Below, piece after piece: positions 1 through 14,089 of a stretch of 64,000 nucleotides of DNA. The notes under the pieces were generated by a model, which was not told where the DNA came from, made no database searches, and saw nothing but the letters and a program-made list of their open reading frames with translations. The translations under genes and the position numbers were made by a program. This stretch comes from the human T2T-CHM13v2.0 reference genome, Homo sapiens. The DNA lies in NCBI RefSeq assembly GCF_009914755.1, contig NC_060943.1. The stretch is one strand, 5' to 3'. Position 1 is the stretch's first letter. The number at the start of each line of letters is the position of its first letter.

Positions 1-330
1 TTAAAAGGTAAAGAGAACTAAATACTTTTAAAATTTGCAGCTTATCTACTTTGGAAAACATGCAAAACCCTGTCCTGGAGAAAACAAGGGTGTGGCTGAA
101 CAACTGATTTATGAGATTAGTATGGATTGACCATGTCGACTCAAACCAGGACCTATTGTCCAAGACAATGGAAGAATGACCCCAGAAGTATTTCACAGAT
201 CTTGGAGGCTGCTCCTCCCATCAGAGGCCCAGAGCACAGGGACGTGGGCAACAGCAGGGGCCTTTGATGCCAGGTGCCGCCTAACATCTCAGGCTCAGCT
301 CCTTGCATACACTACCACTGAGAGTATCAA
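1..330 (+). mobile_element. MaLR (MST/MLT-type) internal-region fragment
   Basis: Motifs such as CAAGACAATGGAAGAATGACCCC and CTCCCATCAGAGGCCCAGAG resemble MaLR-int; subfamily and ends approximate. Confidence 0.5.
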
Positions 331-394
331 TAAATTTTATCTTTTGTGAATGCAGAGTAGAGTAAGGATACAGCTGTAATTGGTATAGGAATAG

Positions 395-782
<388 letters not shown>

Positions 783-1364
783 TTGTGAACAGTCTTTTTT
801 TAATTTATTTTTATTTTTTTTTACTTTAGGAAAATGGATAAAGGACATTAGACTCTTTTTAAAAAGAAAAATATAGGTCGACAGGTCAATGTATGTTTAT
901 TTGGGAGGACAAAAAATATGGTTTATCTTCAAAAGAGAATTTTAGATGAATTGTTTCCTGATTTAGCTTTATACTATTATTAATGTCTTTCAACTAACAT
1001 ATGCCAGTTTTCAAATTGTTTCCTATAATGAAGATATTTTAACCAAGAAATGGAAAGGAAGAAACTCTTAATAATAAATCATGCTCCGTCACCTATAGAA
1101 TCTTCTCCAGTTTTATGGCATTGAATCAGACATTGGGTGTCAGATTGATACCAATGCCAAGCTCTTCAACAGTTATACTTGCTTTAAGATACTTAGCAAT
1201 TCACTAACTTCTCTGAAATTTAGCGTTTCTACATCTAAAGTAGAAATATTACTACCATGAGAATGTTAAATGTAGCTTTTCCATGAGGAGACAGCTTCTC
1301 CATTGGTGGCTGGAATTTTGTTTTTCCTGTCAAACCAGTGGTACCACAGCATCTGGACTAGGGC

Positions 1365-1936
1365 TGTAACTGAGAACCACCATTTTTCTAAGAGACAGCT
1401 TATTTATTTCTCTCTCTTTTCTCATTCCCTTAGTTCCCCACTTCCTATGTAGCCCTTTAAAAATGCAAATATAGACTTTTACCTCCCCTTCACCAGACAC
1501 TTCCTACAGGGAAAGTTCATCTAACTGTGTGCTCCAAGCCAGAACTCTCCTCCAGAATTAACAGTCAATTTACAAACTAAAGCATGCTGGCCTCTGAACT
1601 CTCACTCACCAGGAGGTTGCCTGAAGAGACAACAGTTGAAAGCGTGCCTGCTACTCTCTCCCTTCTGGTTACAACTTATTTCTGCCCATGAAAAAGCCAG
1701 CTCAACTGCCTAATAGATAAGGCACCAAGCCAGCACACAGACCCCTTCCCTCTTCCTCCCCTACCTTTTAAAAGTGCCTGCTTTCTGCTCTAAAAGCCAA
1801 GCCGTGCACTTAAAGACAACACCTGTGCTACTTCCCCTACGCTAGCTCTAGAATAAATCACTTTCTTTATACCAGATCTCCCTCTTGTTAACTGGACGTT
1901 GCAAACGGGAAGCCACTGATCTACTTTTCAGTTACA
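1365..1936 (+). mobile_element. ERV1-class solo LTR (LTR26-like)
   Basis: TGTAAC...GTTACA termini, AATAAA near 1852, flanks AGGGC/GGGGC; the ZNF284 paralogous site (~22500) is empty. Confidence 0.75.
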
Positions 1937-2003
1937 GGGGCTGATGCTTTCCTGGCTTCTCATTGCCCCTCCCAACCCATTCTACCTGGCTCATTCTTTA
2001 AAC

Positions 2004-2325
2004 CAGTGGTCCCCAACCGTTTTAGCACCATGGACCGGTTTTGTGGAAGACAATTTTTCCACGGACTGGGGAATGGTTTCGGGATGAAACTGTTCCACCT
2101 CAGCCATTAGATTCTCATAAGGAGCGCCTGACCTAGATCCTTCGCACGCACAGTTCACAATAGGATCCGCGCTCCTATGAGAATGTAATGCTGGGCTGAT
2201 CTCACAGGAGGTGGAGCTCAGGCCATAATGCTCCCTCACCTGCCGCTCACTTCCTGCTGTGCCGCCCGGTTCCTAACAGTCAGTGGACCGGTACAGGTCT
2301 GTGGCCCTGGAGTTGGATATCCTTG
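2004..2325. mobile_element. MER1B-like hAT-Charlie MITE
   Basis: CAGTGGTCCCCAACC start; perfect 8-bp TSD CTTTAAAC at 1996-2003 and 2326-2333. Confidence 0.9.
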
Positions 2326-2539
2326 CTTTAAACCCTGAGCCTCCTTTCAGCCATCTGACGGCTCAACAGTCACTCTATCTAGCTCCTTGAATATTGTATC
2401 TCCTCGCTTGTTCCCTGTCCAAGAACACTCCTGTCAATCATGGGAGACATTTAGACTTCATAAATTCTTTCTATTCAATATTTTCGCTCGAGGACTCTGG
2501 GAAGGACAACTGTCAGGGTAACAGTCTGCATTCCCCACC

Positions 2540-3300
2540 AGGAACCTGGGGCTATGAAATTCGTTCCCCGTGGGTGTTGCGGGAAGTGTAATCGAGGAGC
2601 ACCATGTAGTCGCAACACTTGAGCCTAAAGGGTGAGGTGATGGACATTTTCCTTTTGCATCTGAGGCTCTGCAGTCCAGACACCTTGCGGGATTCCTGAT
2701 ACTTCAGCTCAGGTAGGCGTTTCCGGAGAATTCTGGGAAGAGTAGTCCATTTTACGGGAAGTGTAGTCCACTGGCTCGTGGAACACTGGGTATTTTGGCT
2801 CTGGCAGGTGAACCGTTGAATTCTGGGAACGATAGTCCAGACACTCTGCGGAGTCCCGGGCCCTTTGGCTCAGGGGGGCGGGTCCGGGGAATTCTGGGGA
2901 GTGGAGTCCAGACACTCTGGCGCAGAGAGGACACTTCCGGTCTCCTAGTCTGAGGTTCCTGCTTTAATGACCGGGGTAGTTTGAGCCATTTCTGCGTCTT
3001 GCAGGACATTTTGAACGAACCCCCTTTGCTTGAGGCTCGCAACCACCCGATGATCGATGATCGTCTCAGGGGAAAAGAAGCCTTGGCGAAGAGCAGAGGT
3101 TTAGAGGTGCGAGGGCGGGGAGGGTGTTTATTGTTCCCTTCAGCGGAGCCTTCTGGCGTCGGGGGGCTTTGCTCGCCTCCCGGGGGGTGGGATTGGGGTG
3201 GCCTTGTGTGCCCTGCTCTGAGGGTTTCCAGGACTTTGACCTCGCTCAGTCCGCCTCCCTACGTATGCAGTGTGTACACTCTTTCTCGCAGTGTGATGTG
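2540..3300 (+). promoter_or_regulatory. ZNF223: ZNF223 CpG-island promoter and non-coding exon 1 (candidate donor GAG|GTTTAG after 3098)
   Basis: CpG-rich; SBS-like motifs at 2725-2748, 2750-2769, 2818-2838, 2886-2909; ETS core CACTTCCGG ~2932-2940; homologous to 22780-23480 and 44950-45700. Confidence 0.85.
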
Positions 3301-4020
3301 GAATGTTAATGTCTCTGTACTTCCCATTGCTGTTCTTTAAAATGGTGCTTATAGGGTCATCCTAATAGAATTGTTTTGCGAATTGAAAGAGATAATACAA
3401 ATGAAAGCCTTAAAGTTGTCCCTGTCACTTGGTGAGTGGTCTCTTGTTGCCTGATATTTTAAAACGTTTGATATCATTTCAAAGCTATAGAAAAATTGCA
3501 AAAACAGTATAAGAAATTCTCATATACCCTTTACCCAAATTTGCCAAGTGTTTACATTTTTCCTGTTTGCTTTGTTGATGACCATCAACCAAATACCACC
3601 AGGAACATACCTGTAACCAGAGACAGCTGATTGGTAGCTTTCTGCAGCAAGGAAGCCCACATACCACGGTAATTGTGGGGTGTCTTGGTAAGAGGCATTT
3701 AGGAAGGGCTGGTTATAGGGTTTCACATAACATGGTAGATAATATTGGATATTATGTTAAATAATACTGTTACCGATTACATGTCAGATAGATGTGTTAA
3801 AAGAATACTAGTATTTGTAGTGTACTTACTAGATAGTGTTGGATAGCATATTACCTAGCATCATGTTATCTAATCTGCAGTTCCATATACGAATTTGTTA
3901 AATTTTTCATTTAAAGTCCTTATGACTGTCCTCTGCCCCACCCTTCACCTATTCAAAGTCCAGTTTATGCGTTGTCTTTAGCTGTCACATTTCCATAGTT
4001 GTTCATTTGGAGTTTGATAT

Positions 4021-5009
4021 TGAAGGGGGCCTGCCTCTCCACACCTGTGGGTGTTTCTCACAAGGTGGAAATGAGAAACTGAGAAAAGAAATAAGACACA
4101 GACACAAAGTATAGAGGAAGAAAAGTGGGCCCAGGGGACCGGCGCTCAGCAAATGAGGACCTGTACCGGCACTGGTCTCTGAGTTCCCTCAGTATTTATT
4201 GATCACTAGCTCTACTATCTTGGTGAGGGGGATGTGGAAGGACTATAGGGTAATGGTGGGGAGAGGGTCAGCCGGAAAACATGTGAGCAAAGGACTCTGT
4301 CATAAATAAGTTTAAGGAAAGGAGTTGTGCCTGGATGTGCACATAGGCCAGATTTATGTGTGACTTTACACAAACATCTCAGTGCAGTAAAGACCAGTAT
4401 TGCCGCCAGTATGTCTCACCTCCAGCCATAAGGCGGTTTTCTCCTATCTCAGTAAATAGAATGTACGACTGGGTTTTATACCGAGACATTCCATTCCCAG
4501 GGATGAGCAGGAGACAGATGCCTTCCTCTTACCTCAACTGCAAAGAGGCCTTCCTCTTTCACTAATCCTCCTCAGCACAGACCCCTTATGGGTGTCGGGC
4601 TGGGGGACGGTCAGGTCTTTCCCTTCCCACGAGGCCATCTCTCAGGCTGTCTCAGTGGGTGGAAACCTTGGACAATGCCCAGGCTTTCTTGGGCAGAGGT
4701 CCCTGTGGCCTTCCGCAGTGTATGGTGTCCCTGGTTAATCGAGACTGGAGAATGGCAATGACTTTTACCAAGCATACTGCCTGCAAACACATTTTTACCA
4801 AAGCACATCCTGCACAGCCCTAAATCCATTAAACCTTGAGTCAATACAACACATGTTTCTGCGAGCACAGGGTTGGGGCTAGGGTTACAGATTAACAGCA
4901 TCTCAAGGCAGAAGAATTTTTCTTAGTACAGATCAAAATGGAGTTTCTCATGTCTTCCTTTTTCTACGTAGACACAGTAACAGCCTGATCTCTTTTTCTT
5001 TCCCCTACA
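4021..5009 (-). mobile_element. HERV-K (HML-2) solo LTR, LTR5A/LTR5B-like, antisense in ZNF223 intron 1
   Basis: Minus strand begins TGTAGGGGAAAGAAAAAGAGATCAGGCTGTTACTGTGTC and ends CCCCCTTCA; 989 bp; GATAT duplicated at 4016-4020 and 5010-5014. Confidence 0.93.
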
Positions 5010-5083
5010 GATATATTTCACATTTAGGTTTAGATTATACATTGTTGGTGGGGATTCCACAGGAGTGTTAAGATGCCCTTTTC

Positions 5084-5151
5084 TTTTTTTTTTTTTTTGT
5101 TTGAGACAGTTTTGCTCTTGTCACCCAGGCTGGGGTACAATGGTGCAATAG
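5084..5151 (-). mobile_element. 68-bp severely 5'-truncated Alu with TSD
   Basis: T-run plus GAGACAG...CCCAGGCTGG; GATGCCCTTTTC at 5072-5083 and 5152-5163; empty site in ZNF284 (~26347). Confidence 0.85.
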
Positions 5152-5459
5152 GATGCCCTTTTCATTGTAACATAACAAGGTCCAAGTGATGTTCGTTTGT
5201 CCCTTCATTGGTGATCTCAGCTTTGTCACTGGCCAAGAAGATGTCTTTCAGATTTTTCCACTCTTATGTTACTTTTTTTTAAATTATGAAGTTTCTTATG
5301 GGAAAATACATTATTAGTGGGCATTTTCTTGTAAAAAAGAGCTTCCATTTCTCCTCTATTGGTTCATTGATTTGTTCAACTATAAATATTCTATCAATGT
5401 GGACTCAGAATCCAGTCTTATTGATTCTAATGATATGTGCATTAACAGTTTTTTTTTTA

Positions 5460-5940
5460 AACTCTAGGTTTATTTTAGTTATAGCATTCACCCATTTCAG
5501 GTATACAAGTCAGTTCAGTGGTCTTTAGGAACTTTGAAGTGGGGTAATCATCATCATAATTCAGCCGAGATCACTTTCATCCCCCAGTTGGACTCCTCAT
5601 GCCCATTTACTTTGAACCTCATTCTCAACTCAAATTTAGAACAACTGCTAACCTACTTTCTATTCTATTCTACTTGTCTATTCCAGACATTTCATATAAA
5701 TGGAATCGTAGGGTCTGTGGGTTTTTGTGACTTGCTTCTTTCATTTACTGTAATGTTTTCAAGGTTCACGGGTGTTGTTGCATGGGTCAGTATTTCATTC
5801 CTTTACATTTCCAAATAAGATTCCATTGTATGAATATGCCACAATTTTTCTGTCCCTTTACCTGTAGGAGAGCTTTTTGGTTGTGTGCAATTTGGGGTTA
5901 GTATGAATAATGCTGCTGTGAGCGTTCATGTGCTAATTGA
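5460..5940 (-). mobile_element. old L1M 3' fragment, shared by paralogues (~26660-27140, ~48160-48630)
   Basis: CATTTCATATAAATGGAATC...AATAATGCTGCTGTGAGC L1 3'UTR antisense motifs. Confidence 0.75.
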
Positions 5941-6087
5941 CAATATGAGTCCTTGTTGGTGGGTGACATCCCTGGCCACCCTTTCATGTCTCTTTTTCTG
6001 TCTTCATGGCACTTTCCAGGCACAATTCTGCTTTCCCTGGAACTGTGTCATTCAGGACTCTGCAAATTCCCTAAAGTAGGAGGAAAA

Positions 6088-6102
6088 ATGACCATGTCCA
6101 AG
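6088..6102 (+). CDS. ZNF223: ZNF223 coding exon 1 (MTMSK; exon 6020-6102)
   Basis: Acceptor TTCCAG|G at 6020; ATG ACC ATG TCC AAG|GTAAGT; same structure in both paralogues. Confidence 0.93.
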
Positions 6103-6221
6103 GTAAGTAGGACTTGCCTCTCTTACTGTTAAAATTCCATCTCACTACTCAGATTGTTGTGTGTTTTTCTCTGCCCTGGGAAGACTCAAGGAGAACAGCA
6201 GGACTTTGAGGATCTCTTGTC

Positions 6222-6704
<483 letters not shown>

Positions 6705-7144
6705 GTCTAGTAATACTGAAGATTGGCCAGTCACTTGTGTACTGTCACTCATTTACTTCTCAAAGCAGCAGAATGAGGAGGTTCCTGATCTCTTCTCCTA
6801 AACTCATGAAATATGAGAAACCTGCTCAAAATCAGAGGCAATCAAGGAACAGGAATGTTAGCCATTCTGCTCAAGTGAAAGAGAGAGACGAGAAGAAAGA
6901 AAAATTCTCCACTGAGGGTCTGGTGACCTGTTGTGTGGGTGTCTGGAGTGCTCCCTTGAGTGATGACATCCATAGGTGGCGCTGCTTCTCCCTGTCCTGC
7001 GTTGGTGTGACCTCTTCTTTTCCAGACCTGGCACCTACTCAGGTGTACTCATTGTTCCAAGTACCCAAGGACAGTGATTACCACAGCTGTTCTTATCTCC
7101 AAATTCCTCCTTATGGCACAAGATACCTCACACATTTTTTCTTT

Positions 7145-7804
<660 letters not shown>

Positions 7805-8699
7805 GCCTCACACATTGTTACCAGAAAAAATGACAACCTGGGGCAAAAATATTTACCCCTTGGATAGTTAAGGAAGAATAAATCCAGAATAAGAATCTTC
7901 TAAAAGGATAAAGAAAAAAGTTCAAACAGATTGGAACAAAGAATACTAAAAGGCAATTGTAAAAGAAGAAATAGAGATCGCCAATAATCTTGAAAAGTGG
8001 TGATACTCATTTATAATAATAAGTGAGAATGATAGAATGAATTGTTCTTCCTAATCAGATTACAAAACCATGGGAATATTTATAAACTGCTCTTGGCTAT
8101 CATAAGGAGAATTAGGGTACTTGTATTCTGTTGAATGATTAGAGAGGTAGGGAAAAAAGTGAGAAGAAAGTATGCAATTATATAATGATAATATTAAATG
8201 TGCTTATTTTTCACATTTTAATTTTCATATGAAATTATTTTAAATGAGACAGAGTCAGATGTTCTTACATCTTACTACTTACCATATCATCTTGGCCGGA
8301 CTGATAATGGAAAATATGTGAAATTAAATATTTATTATTTAGTGTAGCTAAAAATAGATCATCAGTTCCCTGGAATACTATGGAACCCTGAAATAGATAA
8401 TGGTAATAACAGTAATAAGTAATACCAGCTAATGTTCATTAAACAGTCTGTGCCGTAGACTTTTCAAAATACCGTATATTTCTTTTCTTAATTCTTGAAA
8501 AAACTCTTGTCATGTAAGAACTATTATTCAGAGAGGGAACAAGCCTTGTAGGAAAACATGTCTGAGGTCACATGGTTAGAAATGGGCAGACTCTCAGAAT
8601 GTGCACTGAGGCATTCTGGCTTCTGATCAGGACACTAAATGCTGCAATAAGCATATGTGGTTTGTGCCTTGCGAGTACAGAAGACACACTGCATAACTG

Positions 8700-10990
8700 T
8701 CTCAGGGTACCATGGAGCAGGTTCACTGTGCACTGATTACCAACTCGTGTGAGTCTTGTGGGACAGAACACATTCACACGCAACAGATTGCATGAAGCAG
8801 ATTTATTACTACAGATTGGCAGCAGGCGAGCCCAGAAGCCTAGGGTCCAGTGTGAGCTGGCCATCCAGGGCTCAAGAAAGCTACCTGGAGCAGATGGAAT
8901 CTTGACTGTATGTGCCCCACTTGCACCAGAGCTGAGGCACCCCAGAAGGTAACCTGCCCCCATTTATATACTTCAGGGTGCCATGACTCATGGAGAAAAA
9001 CTTGAAGGTCATCTTCCTTCCAGGTGAGAGAGGAACAAAGCCCAGACTGTCAAAGGCAGTTCCTCCCCATAATATTGCATTCTTAGAATAATCTACAGTT
9101 ATTCTTGAGAACTACAAGCAATAAAGGGGAGAGAGCTGGGTGGGGTCTGCACCCCAACTGTCCTGCAGTCCATCCCCTGACCCAGATATCCCTCTTAGCA
9201 AACTGGTCCATTTCATATGTCCATCGACCTCCCCTGGCCTCCCCTGATCTTGTTAGATCAGTGTAACACCTTGACTGACACAATCTCTGCCAACTTCATG
9301 GAATTATAGCTGGAATACATTCCGTGGACCCCAGAGGAGCATGACCACAAGCAGCACAGCCAGACCTTCCTGAAGTAGTAATCCTGCCCAGGTCCCAGTT
9401 ATCAAAATAAGAAGCTGCTGAAGATACCAAAGAAGAATCATTCAGGTGGCCCCAGTGTCTGAAGCCAGTGGACCTGCTTCTGGGTTGCCTCTCATTGAGT
9501 TTTTACAATAGCTATGTATCCAGAGAAGGCCGGAGGTGTTGGCAGTTGCAGACCCACTCCTCCCAGTAGGGCTAAAAGCACAGAGCACTTGTGTTTTTTG
9601 AACCTTCCTGAGGGAGTGAAGGGATGTTGCTGGGCTCCCAAGGCAGTGGCCGTGGAATAAACAGTATCTATCGGCCATTGCCTGTGGCAGGTGTCTCATC
9701 ATTTTTCATGGGAATTCACTTGTAGGTGTAGGACATAAATCTGGAGCTAGCTGCACCTCCAGGCAGGTCCCCAGTCAGCCTGGGGCACAGCTTTAGCCTT
9801 CTTGCCCAGTGGTGCATCTCGCTTCCAGGGTGACATCTAGGGGCACCCCCAGCATGCCTAATGTTTGGGATCTAACAGTCTGCCAGCTTTCCAGGCATGA
9901 CATTGCCCACCCTGTATCTGGGTCACCCTCCAAACCAACCACAGAGAAAGCCATAAGGCTCAGGTGCACACAGCACCCATTCCCTTGTTTGGCTGTTCTG
10001 TGACCCATTTGTGGGAATGGGGACATTATCTTTTGCCAGCCACATCTCATTTTTGGCACAGTTGCATAAGGTCAGTTCCCCCAGTATGACATTCATGCGG
10101 CCCTTACAGAGAGGAATACCACTCATCCAGTCCTGGTTTTCATTATGTGGAACATTTCTCATCCAGGTAATCAAAGGAACATGGTGCGAGAAAGCACAGT
10201 CCACTGTAGCTTTGTTGAGGTTGTGTGATTCTGCTGCCTTACACCAGTTACCACAGGGCCCTCCAGCTCTCTCTCATGTGGCAGGTGCCAGGTTCTGACG
10301 TGACAAGCCAGGGTTATGGAGCTGTTGGTGTGCACTGTGGCATGAAGGATGCTGGTGTGGTTTACCATAGTCAGGATGAGAGGGTCACTGTGGTTGGTGA
10401 TAGAATAAATGCAGGGTAGCAGATGGAACACTTAGCCAGGTGACATGAGGTGACTGCAGCTTGAGATAAGGAATGTGCTGTGCTTCCAGGCCTCTGCTGC
10501 CATATCCTTGGGGGAACAGCAGATTAATAGCTGTTGGATAGTGGGTGGGCTGAGGTGGTGCAGCGACCCAGTCTGTCTGTCCCTGTCCTGAGGCTACTAC
10601 CATTGTAGACATCCATTCCCCTGGTTGTTTGGCTCAGACCTTCCTGCCTCAGTTGTTCAGTCAGGAAGGGACGTCACGTCCTATACAAAAAATGCCTGCT
10701 AGTGCCAGCCACCCAAATGGGATCAGGTGTCCCCAGTACCATCAGAAGGACCCTGGTGACCCCTATGGTATTCCGTGGTCTCATTCTTCACCACTGTGGG
10801 ATCCCATAGAAGTCAGGGGATGTTCAGGAAAGCATCACCTCCAGATTAGAGTCAGGAGGACCTTTGTCAGTTACCGCGGTGATCTGAACCGCAAATTACC
10901 AACAGGATGTGCATTATAAAGGGGAAAAGGAAAAATAATTATTGGGAATACTGAGATTGGGGTTTCACAGCCACAGCCTCATCAACCGGC
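8700..10990 (-). mobile_element. ancient ERV remnant (ERVL/class III-like): 3' LTR ~8700-9167 plus internal sequence with env-TM relic
   Basis: Absent from paralogous introns (~31165, ~51235); PPT-like AGGGGATGGAC then TG on minus strand; minus-strand peptides GSATANTSGLLWIH, QKQVHWLQ, WAGLLLQEGLAVLLVVMLLW. Confidence 0.65.
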
Positions 10991-11363
10991 TGCCAGGTCG
11001 GGCAGATACTGACTGAATTGCTCACTGTCGCTGGGACTATTAGCAAGGTTCATTGAAACCTATATACGTGTAGCCCAGTATGCAGCATTTAGACTCCTAG
11101 GGGGCTACATACAAGTAAACTCAATGAGTTCACTAAATAAGACCACAAGACTTCTTCGTCGTTGGACTTCTGATGACGCTTGGGACAATCAAGGTGTGTC
11201 ATTGTCAGGACACAGACTAGAATGAATGGGAATTCTATAAGTTGACCTACATCTCTGAAGATCCTGAAAAACTTTCCATTTTTCCTCTTGGCCTCCTCAA
11301 TGTTCCTTCTCTCCCAGTAACCATTGGTAGTGAGATTGAGGTTGCATATGTTTGATGCTGTAG

Positions 11364-11510
<147 letters not shown>

Positions 11511-11657
11511 TAAGGGAATGTCAGGCCCCAGGAGTGGTTTTGTATCCTAGGGTGTTCAAGTTTGAGTGTGCAGTGGGAACCTAAATTTCCAATAAGTGTT
11601 ACCGTGATATTATCTAGAATATGTTGGGATTAAGCATGTGACTTTTCCTGTTTACAG

Positions 11658-11750
11658 GGCATCAACCATTCCACCGAGATACTTTCCACTTTCTAAGGGA
11701 GGAAAAGTTTTGGATGATGGATATAGCAACCCAAAGAGAAGGGAATTCAG
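11658..11750 (+). CDS. ZNF223: ZNF223 KRAB-B (divergent b-box) exon (93 nt)
   Basis: TTACAG|GGCAT; [31 protein letters not shown]; CAG|GTAAGA. Confidence 0.95.
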
Positions 11751-12159
11751 GTAAGAAGCACGCAACTGTGTGTCCTTGTTTGTGACTTCCATCTGTTTTA
11801 CTTCTGTGCACGTCCAACTCCATTACCTTCTTCTAAATGGCCAAACATCTTTGCTGGATTATGATAACCTCCTTCCAGCTGGTGGCCCTGCTCCGTGCCT
11901 TCCCACTCTGACATCTGTTCTCCTCATGGCAGCTAAAGTGATCCTTAGGACATGGATGTCAGATTGTCATTCCTCAGCTTAAGAGCCTTTCTGTCTTCTT
12001 AATTTTATGAAAGCCTCTTTAAGTTGCTTCTAGAAACCCCTGTGGTCTACTCTTCATTTTTCACTGCTTCTTGACTACATCTCCCATACTCTCCCTCATT
12101 CTCCATCTTTTCTGGCCACCTTGTCATCCCTCTTATTTCTCCATCCTGCCAAGGACACT

Positions 12160-12667
12160 GTATCACCTGTTGCTGGTACCCAGTGACCACGAACTTAGAT
12201 GATTAAATAAGAAGCATTTATTATTTCTCTGTTCTTTAGGCCTGAAGTCTGACACATCTCACTGGGAAAAAATCAAGCTGTCTTAGGGCTTTGTTCCTTT
12301 CTGGATGTTCATGGGGAGAAGGCTTCACTTTGTTTTACCAGTCCCTAGACACTGTCCACACTCCGTGGCTCTAGTTTCCATTCCTCCATCTTTGAAGGCA
12401 GCTACATTGCATCCTTGACCATTCTTCCAGAGTCATGCTCCCTCTGCCACTCTTCTTATGCCTATGTCTTTCACCTTTCAGGTCCCTTGTGGTTGTATTC
12501 ATCACTCCTGTATGATCCAAGTTGACTTTCCTACTTTCTGCTTAGCTGATTAGTGACTTCAATGACATCTGCAGCCTTAATCTGCCTTGCTGTGTAATGT
12601 GTCAGAATCATAGGTCCTGAAGGCTGGATGTGGACATCTTTCAGGAACAATTATGTTCCCTACCACA
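12160..12667 (-). mobile_element. MLT1-type MaLR LTR within L2-like sequence (paralogous copies ~33408-33907, ~52532-53023)
   Basis: GTGACCAC..AACTTAG...TGGACATCTTT...CCTACCACA pattern; present in all three genes, so it predates the duplications. Confidence 0.7.
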
Positions 12668-13094
12668 GAAGCTTCTGCCTCAGGGCCCTCACTTGCTTTT
12701 CTCTCTGACTGGAGTCCTCTGTTCCCACAAAACTTACTGACCCCCTCTGTTAGTTTATGCAGGTGTCTGCTGAGTTTTAATGTCATGGAAGAGGTCATCT
12801 TCAAGCACCCTATTGAAAATACCATCCTATCTTTACTTGGCCTGCAAGTATTATGTGTCATATGCTTTTGTTTACTGATAGATCACCTGTTCCCTTTCAA
12901 ATATAATCTCTACAAGGTGTTTATCTGTTTGTTTATGACTGCATCTTCAGTGCCTAGAATAGTCCTAGTACATGGAGGGATCTGTAAATATTTGGTATCC
13001 TGATGAATGAATTAATGGATGGGGGGACTTCACTGTCTGTAGGAATCATGGAGCTAGCTAATAAGTAATACATGAACCAGAGTGTATGAAATAT

Positions 13095-13423
13095 ATTAGT
13101 CCCTTGGAAGCCATAGGGGTTTGATTTCAGGACCCCACATGGATACCGAAAGCCAGAGATGTTCAAGTTCCTGATATATGTGAAGTCTTTGCCTATAACC
13201 TATGTACATCCTCCCATATACTTTAAATCATGTCTAGACCAGTTATAATACCAAATGCAATGCCTACCTGTCACTTCATTCACAAGGATTCAACATAGGA
13301 CTCAGTGTGTGAGAAATTCCAGTTTTGCTCTTTGGAACTGGAATTTTTTTCCCTAAATATTTTTTATGTCCTGTTGGTTGAATCCATGGATGCCAAACCC
13401 ATGGATATGGAGGGCTGATTATA
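13095..13423. mobile_element. MER2-like Tigger (TcMar) MITE
   Basis: AGTCCCTTGG...GATTTCAGGACCCC start and CCCATGGATATGGAGGGCTGA end; absent at ZNF224 site (~53440). Confidence 0.8.
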
Positions 13424-14089
13424 TATTGCAGAACAGATTTTTTTTTTCTCTGTGGATGGCTGCTTATCCATTTTCAACTTTCTTAGGTTTCCTTGACATG
13501 ATTGGTTTTATGTGTGTGCAGCTGACCCATGTCCTGTGGAAACTTCTAAGCATAGCATTTTTTTTTTCATGACCACACTGAGTAATATGCCTTCCCTGGG
13601 ACCTACCCTGGAGCTTTCCATAGGGAGCATATTTATATCTGAGAAGAAAGTCTTTTTGAATGAGGATTTGCAGCTAGCTTTCCTTTGAGAGATTTACCCA
13701 TCTGCAGCCCATTTGCCTTTTCCAAAGTCGGCCCACACTTCACTGCCTCCAGTTCCTCCTTCCTTCCCTTAGAGGGGGAAGAATGAGGATGAGAGGACAC
13801 AAGTTATGTAGCTGAATGTTGACTCTGTTTCTGGTCATCTTTCTTCAAAAATGTGCGTATTTCCCTTTTCTTTACATTATGCAAATTTAATTGTCAAAAA
13901 GTTAAAGGACAGGCTTTTTGTTTATTTTTATAGATTTAGTGCTATATTTTGAACTAGTAAGCTTTATGACCTGGAAGGAATTGGGGAATTACTTACTCAA
14001 AATAGAAACATCCTGAGACCCCTTCCCATCTCCTTAAAGACCTCTTATTTATAAGTCACAGTGTATTAAATATATCCATGTACCTATTA

